Source: an uncultured candidate division Zixibacteria bacterium
GTDB taxonomy: Bacteria > Zixibacteria > MSB-5A5 > UBA10806
DNA: 64,000 nt
Reading direction: 5' to 3'
Assembly (NCBI GenBank): GCA_963817915.1
Contig: CAWFQL010000009.1
Coordinates: 96,001 to 160,000, forward strand
Of the stretch, positions 41,694 to 52,778 are shown one piece after another; the first letter of the stretch is position 1, and each line of letters opens with the position of its first letter. The notes under the pieces were generated by a model. That model was not told the origin of the DNA, made no database searches, and saw nothing but the letters and a program-made list of their open reading frames with translations. The translations under genes and the position numbers were made by a program.

Positions 41694-42752
41694 ATGATTG
41701 AAAATAGATTCTTGATTTTTGCTATTATATTATCATTGGTATTGGTTCCACTTATAACTAATGCTCAATCATCAAATACAAGCGCGAACTTTTTAAGAAA
41801 TAGCCCTGATGCCCGTGGACGAGCCCTGGCTCAGGGTGGAAGTGTCTATTCAAGCGGTGCCATATCGGCGTATTACAATCCGGCAAATTTGGTTAGCAGC
41901 GGTATTATTTCTGTTGAAGGCAGTTATTGCAAGATATTACCACAGCTTGCGGATGATTTATCATTTAAAAGCATTTATGTCGCAAGCAACCTCGGCGAAT
42001 GGGGAACATATGGTATAAGCTATAATTATTTTGACTATGGTGAATTTATTCTTCAAGATGAAAATGGGATTAATTGGCAGTTTTGACATGTATGAATCGG
42101 CATTGGCATTTTATGGCGCATATGAATTTACTCATAATTTTCAATTGGAGTGGGATTGAAATATATCCAATCCCATATAATGCCGCTTCAGGCGGGCGAT
42201 AATGACAACGGGTCGTCAAAGGGAATTGATATTGGAATTCGATCCCTGAATAATTTCCCGGATTTAACTTTGGCAAAAGACCTAAACACCGAATCAGATG
42301 ATAATAAAGAATCGCAAAATCAAGACGGCTTGGGATTATCATTTGGTGTTTCCGTAATGAATTTGGGTTCGGGTATACCTTATTTCAAAGGGGCAAAAGC
42401 GGATCCTCTTCCAACAATACTTCGTATTGCTGCAGGATATACCGCGATTCAAAAGCGAGAATGCGAAATGAGAATTACTCTGGATGCCGTCAAATTTCTG
42501 GTCGATGAGAAAGAGACTATCTGGCATTTTGGAATTGAATCTAACTTTTATGGGTTGTTCGCCCTAAGGGCAGGCAATAAATACGATAAGGCCGGTCACA
42601 CCCGTTATTGGGCTGCCGGCGCCGGACTTGGACCATCCTGGCTTCATGCCGATTTTTCCTATATATTTAAGAGCGACGAAGCAGGGAATAGAAATGGCGG
42701 CGAATATGGTATTTCCATCGCCTGCAATATCAGCCCAAATGCCTTTAGATAA
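41694..42752 (+). CDS. PorV/PorQ-like outer-membrane beta-barrel, frameshifts near 42072 and 42140
   Basis: Signal peptide; FLRNSPDARGRALA, AYYNPANL, NLG and DPLPTILR motifs typical of the PorV-like family. Confidence 0.7.
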
Positions 42753-43123
42753 TTCAGGAGAAATTGATCCGATTGAATCAAATAATCAAAAACTGGTTTT
42801 GACCAGACTGTAATTCGTAAAACTGGCTACATCATATAATAAAAAAAATCCCCTCTTATCGGAAAGAAGATTGATCTCATCATTTTATGATTTGGACCGG
42901 GAAAGCCTTCTATCCTTGCTTCCAGTAAATCCTTTGAAGCGTTTTGCATTAACCCCATAGCCAATATGCCAGATATTACTTATACGATCGGTGACGCGTA
43001 TTTAGAAAAGTATTACCCCTTTATTTCCGTAGTGCCTGTCGGCCAAACGCGTCGCCGCGCAACGAGCGATAAATATGCCGAGTGCCCCCGTTCTAATTAT
43101 ATTTTAGGCGCGAAATGACCGGG

Positions 43124-43753
43124 TCAATTAGCAAAATCACGATTAAACTGAAATCTGAGCATGCCCAATAAATTGCGTCGAGCCATTATTGCTCCTATAA
43201 GCAACAATATCTCTACCGTAACTGTGCAAAGCCACCAAAAATAGGAAGGATGTAGATCAAGTATTAATTTCGCGACATAGGATAACAAAATTGCCACGAA
43301 CGAATTGGCAGAAGTCATAAAGGCGGAATAGACACGCATAAGCCACTCATGAAGGCCCCTATGGTTTTCATAAAGGAAACCATGGTCGAAGGAAGCTGCA
43401 ATGTATATTTCTTCATCTTTCGAGGTTTTTGCCTGTTTCGTTTCGGAGTTTTGAGCGGATTTTCTGCGCGAAAGTTTTGGATGCAATTGTAACCAAATAC
43501 GGTCCATATCCGCTTCTGAAAGATCTGTTTCAAAGTTGGAACCGAACAATCTAAATAGACGCCTAAGAAGGACAATGGTAAGGGTGCTTATCAGAAAACC
43601 CATTGGTAGAATCGCAAGGGCTATCGCTCCGACAAAAGCTGATTTGTCGTTCGACAAAGGCAAGGCTATCCCGGCACTGCAGTATGCTGAAGCAACAGAA
43701 ACAAAGAAAAAGAAAGGGGCTACTAACAAACGAATTTGTCGCGTTGGATCCAT
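43124..43753 (-). CDS. Hypothetical membrane protein
   Basis: 209-aa ORF, four hydrophobic segments, GAGGA RBS. Confidence 0.65.
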   Translation of the reverse strand: MDPTRQIRLLVAPFFFFVSVASAYCSAGIALPLSNDKSAFVGAIALAILPMGFLISTLTIVLLRRLFRLFGSNFETDLSEADMDRIWLQLHPKLSRRKSAQNSETKQAKTSKDEEIYIAASFDHGFLYENHRGLHEWLMRVYSAFMTSANSFVAILLSYVAKLILDLHPSYFWWLCTVTVEILLLIGAIMARRNLLGMLRFQFNRDFAN

Positions 43754-44001
43754 TTAATCCTCACTTGTTTTGATTTGAAGATTTCAGTTAACTTGAAATG
43801 TATTTTATAATAATTTGATTGTTTAAGCAAAGATAAATTATATTTTGATAATAAAATGTCTGCCTCCTTCCAGGGATGTTCTCTTTTTCAAGAAGCCCTT
43901 TCGTAGCAGATAAGGCAAAATCGACTTATACTGCATCGATTTGCAGAAGGAGATGAGTAGAAAAAAGACTTGCGGGGAAATATTACAAAGCTTATTCTAT
44001 A

Positions 44002-44601
44002 ATGAAGGTAAAAATTATGTTCGAAGACATATATAAAAGTATCGCTTCTGTTTTCAATGCCCATGAAAAAGCAGAGATTGAGCCGGTTCTAAATGAATCA
44101 CAGCGCCAGCTTTATAGATCTTATACTAAGTATTTGAACGATTGGTTATCGAGCAATACACGAAAAGAGCGAAAGGGATTAATGGTTTCAAGCGTTTATT
44201 GCGATTATTTTATCAATTCCAGGAGTTAGTTATGGCGACCTGCAATTGTTTGGGATAAAATTTAATCAACTCAATTATAATATCATGAAAATAGGAATAC
44301 TGATTGCCATTGTGTATTTTTTATGTGTTTTTTTAATCAATGCGCATTGTGAATCGGATCTTAAATAAACGAATTTTTGGAGGATATGAATAAAGATTTC
44401 ATCAAGGTATTTAATCTAAGGCAAAGGCTTGAAGATTCCAAGAATAACACCAAGCAATTATTTAAAGAAATACAAAAGACGATTGATGGCCGGTTCAAGA
44501 TTTCTCTTAAAATAAGACGTGTAAAATATTTTTTCGATATTTGGATACCAATTGGCATGGCAATTATTGCGGTCGTTTTAATAATAATTCAGCCAAGATA
44601 G
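44002..44601 (+). CDS. Hypothetical membrane protein split by frameshifts near 44196 and 44363 (or pseudogene)
   Basis: Two track ORFs are bridged by an intermediate frame (IAIILSIPGVSYGDLQLFGIKF..ILIAIVYFLCVFLI). Confidence 0.5.
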
Positions 44602-44724
44602 TAATAAAATTAGCTTATTGGTTTAGTGAAAGTATATTTACAAGCTTTTTGACGAATAAGCCTGATTGATTATTTTGCCCCAATATATTTTTCAAAAAAT
44701 CTTTAAAAATCTATTCCGCCATAT

Positions 44725-44756
44725 AAAAAAATCCCCTCTCTGAGAAGGGATTTTTT
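44725..44756. terminator. Bidirectional intrinsic terminator
   Basis: AAAAAAATCCC-loop-GGGATTTTTT between convergent genes. Confidence 0.75.
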
Positions 44757-44775
44757 ATTGCTATCGCATAGTTGT

Positions 44776-47700
44776 CTAATTCATGCCGAGCTTATCATTT
44801 TTTGGCGGCTCGATCTTCACCTTAGTCGGCTGGACGGGGGCAGTATTTGTCGATCGTCCGGCCGGCGGGCAAAACTGACAATACACCGGCGGCGGCCCCA
44901 TTCCCTTGAAGTAATTTACAAAATAAGTGACATCAAGCCCATTCCAGGAGCACGAGCCATTTACATCCCCCTGCGGATATAGCATATTATTCCCATATTC
45001 AGAGCATGGGGGACAGCTTTCGCGTGGTGCGTCGCCGCCTTTGAAGAAATTGACCATATACGTCACATCCAGGCCGTTTGCAGACCCCGATCCATTGACA
45101 TCGCCCGGAACATACGAACAAACTCCCTCGATTGAAAAATTGACATCGATAATTGAGATACTGTCGGTGTTGGGGGCATTGTTCAATATCACTACCTGGC
45201 CGTGATATGAACCGGTCGGCAATAATGCCGCATTCATGAATATATTGAAAGGTAATGCGGGGTCATCCGGCGCGATAATTCCGCCTACGAGGCTGGTTGA
45301 AAGCCACTTTATCGGAGGTTTAAATCGAATCGCGAGATTGTTCGTAAGGTATGGCTGATTGTAGGCCACTTGCAGGCCGACCGTGCCTGATTCATCTTCT
45401 ATGCCAACAGTGGCGGCAGGTCGGAATATCCCGGCGCCATACTGGTAGATGATGCTGTTATCGTATCCATTGAGAATTATCTGGAAGTCATGAGGATAAT
45501 TCGGCGCGGGATAATCGCACCAGCCAACCCATGAGATTATGAATCTATTGGCGATAGGATCATAATATGTATAGCATCTGCCGGAAGTACCGCCGTCCAA
45601 ATTGTCCCAGTCTACTGCCAATAGTGCGTTAAGCTCGTCAATATTGGGAATTGGATTATTTACTGCCGATGTGGCATATGGGCGACCGAAAGACGCCCAT
45701 CCGTTGGTACCGATAATGATTCGAGTGTAATCAATGCCATAGAAACTAAATGTTAATCCAAGGTCGATTGGATCGGTAAATCCCTCATTTGAATCGCCAT
45801 GATTCCAGTTTACCTCTGTTCCCAGGCCGGAAATATCATACCAAAGATAAGATGGCCCATCAGACTCGTGCGAATCTTTCCATGTATAGCCGTAAATATC
45901 GGGCCCGCCAAAATTTGAAATCATCGGGGGTTCAGATGTTGAATTTTGAGAATTGGTTTTTTCACTATTTCTGTGAATTATCTCACTCTGCACAATAGTC
46001 TCAAATGGGATGATTGTTTGTGGAGGAGATAAATTCAATGCCATACTCGAAGCATTCTGAACAACCTTAACTTTATAATCCAAATCACATCCTATACCGC
46101 CGTTGTCGATCGTCGTACCGGCGGTATCAGCGCCGTCGGGTTGGGCGACTCCATTAACCTGGTATGCTCCAAGAATTGGAATTGGTGCTGAAATCGAATC
46201 GGCATTAACAAAAGCCCTGATAAAATAATCCCCGTGATGGCCAAATAATCGGTCCCAAACTCCGCCTTGTCTCGCCCATCGATCCGATTGGTGATTTACG
46301 GTTATGTCGACCGCAAGCAGCGCGGGCGGCAGAGTGTCATTAATTGACCATCCAACCCAGAAATATTCGCAGTTTAGGACTATCGTTGTATCACAACCAA
46401 TATTCCAGATCGTCCAACCGGTTTTGGGTACTTGGATTTTCTTGGAGTAAATAGGGATATTATCAGGAATGCTATCCAGGTCGGCATCGAGGAAAATGCT
46501 GGCCTTTATCGTATCTCCGGCGCCGCCTGCAGGAAATTCGTCTTCATTTATACATTTGAATGCCATTGATGATAAGGTCGCTCCTTCATAGGAAACCCTA
46601 AATCGATTCGCAAATACATCATTCGTGTCATCAAATGCCAAACTCCAAACAATATTTCCGTCGTCAACCCGAAAATCAGTATTTTCAGCCGGAGCGGATT
46701 CCATACTCTTTTGGATCGTGTCATTCGATGTAAATTCATCGAGCGGCAATTCGGTGATTATTTTCAATGTATAATCGCTACACTCGTTTCCGATATTCCA
46801 AGGGGAGAAACTTACGCTGGCAGAATCCAACGAACCCAAATTGCTAATATGTTGAGTATTTGAATACCCATAGTTATCCACCGCAGTGACATCAAAAGAC
46901 TCAACTTGAGATCCGCAGTTGGCAATTCTGGCGTTGATATCATAGCTATTCCCTTGCGCAAACAATATCGAGGGAATCGTCATGGAAACTGGGCTTACAT
47001 CATGATCCGGCAGATAAATAAAACTGACCGCCAAACCGGGTCGAGGGCTCTGACCCAATTCTCCCAGATTGTTATAGGCCAGTCCCACTGTCTCACCGCT
47101 TTTTTCAATTCCGATAGTCTGTTGTGACTGGAAACTGCTGCTAATAGTTTTATATTGAGCGGTTATAGTTTTTAGATATGAATTGAAAATCAATTCCAGG
47201 TCAATGTAAGAGCCAGCGATATCCTTGTACTCCAGACTATCGTATTGAATAATAAACTTCGGCTCGCCCGGGGCCTTATAGTAGTAGACATGCCCATTTC
47301 GCAGATGAAGATCGGCCCATAATGCCGCTATCATCGCCGATGGGCCATCTGCATCTGGAATACCGGATGGTGAATAGTCTGTCGAGATTGAATCCTCAAA
47401 TGATACCCAGCCATTGATGTTAATGTTAATTCTAGTATATGCAGTCTCAAAAAACCTGAATTCCATTCCCATATCAACCATACCGGAATTGCCATCATCC
47501 GGATCGGCAAATGATGCTTCGCTGCCGACAGATCTTAGTTCGTACCACGAAAACGCCGGACCTTCGCCTGTGATATTATCGCGGAACGTCCATCTCTCTA
47601 CAGGCCCGCCAAATCCTCGATGCGGATGCGTAAATGTCGTTGAAGTCAACGTATCGTTGGTTCTGTGTACGTCCGTGCCAAGCATTGTATGGCAGGTTAT

Positions 47701-49101
47701 AGTATGACTATTGTTTTCGGCCGGACTCCAGGCGTCGAATAGCAGCTCAGTCTGGGTTGCGCTCGGCAAATCAGTGACCGATTGCGTATCTGAATAGACA
47801 ATCGCGCCTATCGAATCGGCTATCAAAAATGAGACATCGAATGATTCCGTATTTAAGCCGGCGTTCTCGATTTTGGCTGTTACCGGCCAAGGATATCCAT
47901 TGATGCTATTGGCGCTCGGCTCAACAATCTGAATGACCGCGGCATCATGAGGATATCGATCGACAGTGACTACCTTGAGGCTATCGATATACCATTTAGC
48001 GGCGTTGCTCGCTACATACTTGAATGCCAGCCTTGCATTCGAATGACCATTTGCCCAACCTGTGATATCGAACGTATCATAGGCCGCCGTGCCGGAAGAG
48101 CCATGGTCGCTGTCGTGGTATCTCGCGACGAGATATGGCCAGGTCACGCCTCCGTCATTAGATCCCAGGATAAATGCTGTATCGGCTGCCAATGGCCAGT
48201 CATCGTACCATTGTTTTACATATACATATGCCTGCAATGAGCCGGTTGATAAATCGATTGGTGGCGATTGCAGCCATTCATTTTGCTGTTCGATGGGGGA
48301 GAAGAAAACCCGAGCCATATTACCCCATCCGACAGCATTGGATTGATGCCAATCGTTGTTATCCCATTTTTTTACAAGGAAGTGTTGAATGCCCCAATCT
48401 GCGGGAGGATTATTTCCATATGGCCCCCACGAGCCTTCAAAATCCTGATTCATCAATTGTGAACCATCGGCAATAAACTTAATATCATCTATACGCCATT
48501 GACCCGCGACGACGGCGTCCCGCTTTACATATTGGAATGCTGCCTTTATCGATGATTTGCCTGCGGCAAAATCCGATATATTGAAGAATTCGCTGTCAGG
48601 GACGGTCGGACTTCCGTAACTTTGCTCAGTATAGACAAATACCGTGTCTCCCCAACTTGCCCCGTTATCGTCAGAAAGCAATACAAGCGCCGAATCCGCT
48701 GACTGAAAGGAATAATCAAAATAGTAATGCCTAAAGGACAATATGCATAATGTGTCAGTGTAAAAATCAACCGCGGGCGAGATGATCCAATCATCATTGT
48801 ACTTGTCAGATGAATTTCCTTTGACTCTGGCGAAATATCCGCCCCATCCTTGGAAACGATGCCATCTCAATGTATCCCAGACCGCATCCGATGTCGCGCT
48901 GTCTATTATGCTCCAGTTCGAAGGAGGATTCGTGCCATTCCATCCCGAAGGACTATCGAAATCCTCGAATAATACCGTGCTTTGTATTATTGGAATATCT
49001 GGATTCGATAAATCATTAATAGTGCTGGAATATGCCAGGCCGGATAGAATGATCAAAAGGCACAATGCCTCTAAGACAAAAACCCTAAGCGAATTATTCA
49101 T
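44776..49101 (-). CDS. Large secreted multidomain surface protein: cleaved-adhesin/MAM-like domains, CARDB/Ig-like domains, C-terminal dockerin-like domain
   Basis: Signal peptide; duplicated (D/E)W(I/L).SP..W.ID modules; ND(T/E)L-type Ig ends; paired GDVNGS..NGLDVTY repeats at the C-terminus. Confidence 0.8.
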   Translation of the reverse strand: MNNSLRVFVLEALCLLIILSGLAYSSTINDLSNPDIPIIQSTVLFEDFDSPSGWNGTNPPSNWSIIDSATSDAVWDTLRWHRFQGWGGYFARVKGNSSDKYNDDWIISPAVDFYTDTLCILSFRHYYFDYSFQSADSALVLLSDDNGASWGDTVFVYTEQSYGSPTVPDSEFFNISDFAAGKSSIKAAFQYVKRDAVVAGQWRIDDIKFIADGSQLMNQDFEGSWGPYGNNPPADWGIQHFLVKKWDNNDWHQSNAVGWGNMARVFFSPIEQQNEWLQSPPIDLSTGSLQAYVYVKQWYDDWPLAADTAFILGSNDGGVTWPYLVARYHDSDHGSSGTAAYDTFDITGWANGHSNARLAFKYVASNAAKWYIDSLKVVTVDRYPHDAAVIQIVEPSANSINGYPWPVTAKIENAGLNTESFDVSFLIADSIGAIVYSDTQSVTDLPSATQTELLFDAWSPAENNSHTITCHTMLGTDVHRTNDTLTSTTFTHPHRGFGGPVERWTFRDNITGEGPAFSWYELRSVGSEASFADPDDGNSGMVDMGMEFRFFETAYTRINININGWVSFEDSISTDYSPSGIPDADGPSAMIAALWADLHLRNGHVYYYKAPGEPKFIIQYDSLEYKDIAGSYIDLELIFNSYLKTITAQYKTISSSFQSQQTIGIEKSGETVGLAYNNLGELGQSPRPGLAVSFIYLPDHDVSPVSMTIPSILFAQGNSYDINARIANCGSQVESFDVTAVDNYGYSNTQHISNLGSLDSASVSFSPWNIGNECSDYTLKIITELPLDEFTSNDTIQKSMESAPAENTDFRVDDGNIVWSLAFDDTNDVFANRFRVSYEGATLSSMAFKCINEDEFPAGGAGDTIKASIFLDADLDSIPDNIPIYSKKIQVPKTGWTIWNIGCDTTIVLNCEYFWVGWSINDTLPPALLAVDITVNHQSDRWARQGGVWDRLFGHHGDYFIRAFVNADSISAPIPILGAYQVNGVAQPDGADTAGTTIDNGGIGCDLDYKVKVVQNASSMALNLSPPQTIIPFETIVQSEIIHRNSEKTNSQNSTSEPPMISNFGGPDIYGYTWKDSHESDGPSYLWYDISGLGTEVNWNHGDSNEGFTDPIDLGLTFSFYGIDYTRIIIGTNGWASFGRPYATSAVNNPIPNIDELNALLAVDWDNLDGGTSGRCYTYYDPIANRFIISWVGWCDYPAPNYPHDFQIILNGYDNSIIYQYGAGIFRPAATVGIEDESGTVGLQVAYNQPYLTNNLAIRFKPPIKWLSTSLVGGIIAPDDPALPFNIFMNAALLPTGSYHGQVVILNNAPNTDSISIIDVNFSIEGVCSYVPGDVNGSGSANGLDVTYMVNFFKGGDAPRESCPPCSEYGNNMLYPQGDVNGSCSWNGLDVTYFVNYFKGMGPPPVYCQFCPPAGRSTNTAPVQPTKVKIEPPKNDKLGMN

Positions 49102-49385
49102 TTTTCCACCTTGCCCTGAATTTCGTTTGTTCTCATTATTCGCATAAATTCATATAAATTTTATTTTAAAAACATAATAGTTTTGTTCGCATCGTAAAAT
49201 CCGGAATATCGAAGTCTATATCCCTGGTGCCCATTCTATTCATTTTTCAAGAAGCGGTTACTAATAAGGCTCAACAACAATTAAATATAGACCAACGAAA
49301 AATCCTGTCAAGGTTTTTCGCCAATTTCATCTATTTTGGACAAAAAATTGATATGCCGTTAAGGTTACGAATCTGCAGGCCGCTA

Positions 49386-50576
49386 TCAATTACTGAAAAG
49401 AATACTTTCCTTTTCAAAAAGCCGATGGGCCACGAAAATTGCGAAGGCCGCATAGAGTGCCGTGGACAGGAAAATTATCGAGATATAGAGCCAATTGATA
49501 TTTCCAAGCAACGCCTCTTTAATACTCAGACAGATATTCGCCAGCGGTATAAATGCCAGGCCGATATTCAAATCAATTCCCGGTATGAAAGATACCAATG
49601 ACGGCAATATCACAACCATCATGAATGGTGTCACATAGGATTGAGCCTCCTTAAAGCTTTTGGCGCTCAGAGATATTGCCATCAGGACAGCTGAGAAGAG
49701 GCTGGCAGTTGGTATCATCATCAAGAAAATCACGAAAATCGCTGATGGCGCGATTTTAAGCGCCATTTCGCCGCCGATAGCTCCTCCGGCCGAAATCGAG
49801 TACGCCATCGTGGCGGTTAGGCTCGTTATGGCCAATATGGTCGTGACAATTGATGTTGTAAGAATCGTCAGAAATTTCCCCGTGGCCAACTGCCAGCGCG
49901 GTATAGGGCTGACTAATATTGTTTCCAAAGTCCCTCGTTCTTTTTCTCCCGCCGTCAAATCCATCGCAGTGTACATGGCTCCCGTCAGGCTCAGCATGAG
50001 AATCATGTAAGGCAGAAATATCGAGAGCAAGAACGATCCCATTTTCTCTTTGGACGCCACATTCTGCTGTTTTATCTCGAACGGCTTTACCAGCGATTCC
50101 TCCAGACCCTTTTCTGCCAATCTCGCGATAACTATCTTCTGACGGTATTCATTTAGAATATCTTCGATTCTATCCGCGGCGAAACGAGATTTTGTTTCCG
50201 ATGCGTCATATAAAACCGGCAGGGAATCGATTGCCGATGAGGCCATTTTCTGTTTAAATTCAACAGGGATAATTAATGCGGCCCTGATATCCTTTCTCAA
50301 AATAGCAGCTTCAACCGAATCGCTTTCCACAACCTGCACTTTATTTGAAGTCGCAATCATTTCAAATAATTCTGGCGCGGCTTGCTTGTTTACCACAGCT
50401 ATCTTATGAATTTCCTGTTTGGATTTTTCCATGATTCCGGCGATTAGTGCCGAGAAGCCAAATGTCAGCAATGGGAATATCAATATAGGTACGATAATCA
50501 TCGAGATAATCGTGCGTCTGTCACGAATCGTATCCAACAGCTCTTTTTGATAAACTAACCTAATATTCCGAAACAT
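49386..50576 (-). CDS. ABC-2 type permease, NatB-like
   Basis: KELLDTIRDRRT, AGEKERGTLETILVSP and AKSFKEAQ motifs. Confidence 0.88.
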   Translation of the reverse strand: MFRNIRLVYQKELLDTIRDRRTIISMIIVPILIFPLLTFGFSALIAGIMEKSKQEIHKIAVVNKQAAPELFEMIATSNKVQVVESDSVEAAILRKDIRAALIIPVEFKQKMASSAIDSLPVLYDASETKSRFAADRIEDILNEYRQKIVIARLAEKGLEESLVKPFEIKQQNVASKEKMGSFLLSIFLPYMILMLSLTGAMYTAMDLTAGEKERGTLETILVSPIPRWQLATGKFLTILTTSIVTTILAITSLTATMAYSISAGGAIGGEMALKIAPSAIFVIFLMMIPTASLFSAVLMAISLSAKSFKEAQSYVTPFMMVVILPSLVSFIPGIDLNIGLAFIPLANICLSIKEALLGNINWLYISIIFLSTALYAAFAIFVAHRLFEKESILFSN

Positions 50577-51307
50577 CTTCACCTACCAGCTTAACGAATG
50601 TGTCGTCCATATCTGTACAGCCTGTCTTGCTCTTTGAGCTCAGCAGGTGAACCGGACGCGATCAATCTGCCTTTATGAATTATTCCAATTTTGTCGCAAA
50701 GTTTTTCCGCTTCGTGCATGACGTGAGTAGAAAAAATAATCGTCTTCGAACGGCTCTTTTCCGAATTTATGAATTTAACTACAGTCCTGCTCGCGATAAC
50801 ATCCAACCCAATTGTCGGCTCATCGAGAATCAAGACTTCCGGATCATGTATCATTGTCCGGGCAATCGAGACCTTTTGCTTATTGCCGGTAGAAAGTTTA
50901 TCGCATCGCATGTCGGCGTATTCCGTAAGATTCAGCATCGCCATAAGCTCTTCGGATCTTCTCTTCGTATCAGCATCGCTCAATCCATTCAGCCTGCCGA
51001 AATAACCTATCATCTCGGAAACAGACAAACGGGCATACAAACCTGTCGAGCCCGTGAGAAATCCCAATTTTGCCTTGGCCATTTCAGGCTGCTTTTCAAC
51101 ATCGGCGCCGCATACCTGGGCTGAGCCTGATGTCGGTTTCATTAGAGTGGCCAGGATTCTCAATGTGGTCGTCTTTCCAGCGCCATTCAGGCCCAAAAGT
51201 CCAAATATCTCGCCGGGGGAGACCTTGAAGCTTACGTTGTTGACAGCTACGATCTTGCCGTGCTTTTTGTTTTCAAATTCTTTGAAAAGTCCAAATGTTT
51301 CAATCAT
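50560..51307 (-). CDS. ABC transporter ATP-binding protein, NatA-like; probable frameshift near 50626, so the 3' end is approximate
   Basis: [24 protein letters not shown]; the alternate frame restores [14 protein letters not shown]. Confidence 0.88.
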
Positions 51308-51433
51308 ACTTTTATTTTCAGTTGGTCAGAGTAATTTATTGCCTGAATATGAAACCACCCCAACCCGCATGCACCTTTCTTACGTTGTATTACACACTCA
51401 AATGGCATTTATTCAAAATAGCCCAACAAATTT

Positions 51434-52771
51434 TCAAGATAAGCTTGTGCCAACCCTCATTTTCTTGACCATCAATGTAGGTGAATTCCATGCCTGGTAA
51501 AAAGTCAAATCATCACAAATCGCCCCGATACCATTTAGCACCTCGTCAGCGCTGGCGCCTACTGTAATATTGCCAACAGGCTTGACTATTTTGCCATTCA
51601 ATACAAGCACTCCACTGATACCCGCGGAGTACTGTCCCGTTACGCTGTTCAATCCCCAGCCCTGAGTATCTTCGACAATAATTCCTTTTTTGCAGGATGC
51701 GATTACATCGTCGACTTTATCTTTTCCGGCCGCAATATAGAAATTACTTGGTGAGATTCCCGGAAATGAATTGTAGTCCCCGCGCATTGCCGAGCCGGTC
51801 GACACTGCTCCAGCTTTCGCCGCAGTCTTGTTATCATACAGAAAACCGCGCAATATTCCGTCTTCGATTAGGGCCTGCTTGGTTGAGGCGACTCCTTCGT
51901 CATCGGCAGGACGGCTTGCGACACCTTTGATCATCAATGCGTCATCATATACCGAAAAGCCTTTGACCGCAATCTGTGAGCCAATCTTTCCACTTAAAAA
52001 TGATGAGCCCTTATATGCGTTTTCGCCATTGAGGGCCTGGGCCAGCCCCCAAAATATCGATCCGGCCGCGGAAGGCGTGAAAATTATCTCGTAGTCGCCG
52101 CCGTCAATAGGTGTTCCGCCCACAAGGCGAACAGCCTTGCTGGCGGCTTTTTCGACCATTTTTGCTTGATCAGGCAAGTCCTCAAAACTTCTCGCTCCAA
52201 ATGATCCATCACCGGGATACATTTCGCCATTTTTGACCGCAACCACCGAAACTCCAATACCGTAATAGGTGGCGTCGTAGCTGGTCTTTAGCCCATTGGA
52301 ATTTGCCAGGCTCTTGGTAGTGATATATTCTTCGAAGGAAGCGCCATTCGATTTTTTGATCAATGGATCATAAGCTATGGCCTGCTTTTCTAATTTCATT
52401 AGATATTCTATTTTGGATTCGATTGTGTTGGCAGAATAAGTCGGGTCGAATATTCCAAGATTGCTTGGATAACTTTGAGCCCCGTTGAATTTAATATCCT
52501 GCTTTTCGCCGGCAGTTTTTGCCATTTGGGATAGCTGAGGAATAATTCGATCTATGATGTAGCTGGATGTATCGGTGCTGTGCGCGAATGCCATCTTTCC
52601 GGACGATATAAATCTAATCGCCATTCCGCCTGGAGTCGCCTTTTGAATCGTATCAACTTTGCCATCTCTTATTGATACTGATAGGCTTTTGTGCGAAACA
52701 TTATACACTTCAGCCGAATCCGCTCCGGCTCTCATGCAACTTTCGAGTATTCTATCGATAATTTCCATCAT
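51434..52771 (-). CDS. pmbA: PmbA/TldE family protein
   Basis: GADSAEVY, DDEGV..LIEDGIL, TGQYS..SG motifs; no HExxxH; follows tldD. Confidence 0.88.
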   Translation of the reverse strand: MMEIIDRILESCMRAGADSAEVYNVSHKSLSVSIRDGKVDTIQKATPGGMAIRFISSGKMAFAHSTDTSSYIIDRIIPQLSQMAKTAGEKQDIKFNGAQSYPSNLGIFDPTYSANTIESKIEYLMKLEKQAIAYDPLIKKSNGASFEEYITTKSLANSNGLKTSYDATYYGIGVSVVAVKNGEMYPGDGSFGARSFEDLPDQAKMVEKAASKAVRLVGGTPIDGGDYEIIFTPSAAGSIFWGLAQALNGENAYKGSSFLSGKIGSQIAVKGFSVYDDALMIKGVASRPADDEGVASTKQALIEDGILRGFLYDNKTAAKAGAVSTGSAMRGDYNSFPGISPSNFYIAAGKDKVDDVIASCKKGIIVEDTQGWGLNSVTGQYSAGISGVLVLNGKIVKPVGNITVGASADEVLNGIGAICDDLTFYQAWNSPTLMVKKMRVGTSLS

Positions 52772-52778
52772 TTACCTC

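Noticed and set aside
43042..43109. attC-like site after the minus-strand orphan gene (GCCTAAA...GTTTGGC)
   Set aside because: R'' lacks the conserved AAC, inner L boxes do not pair convincingly, and there is no integrase or cassette array
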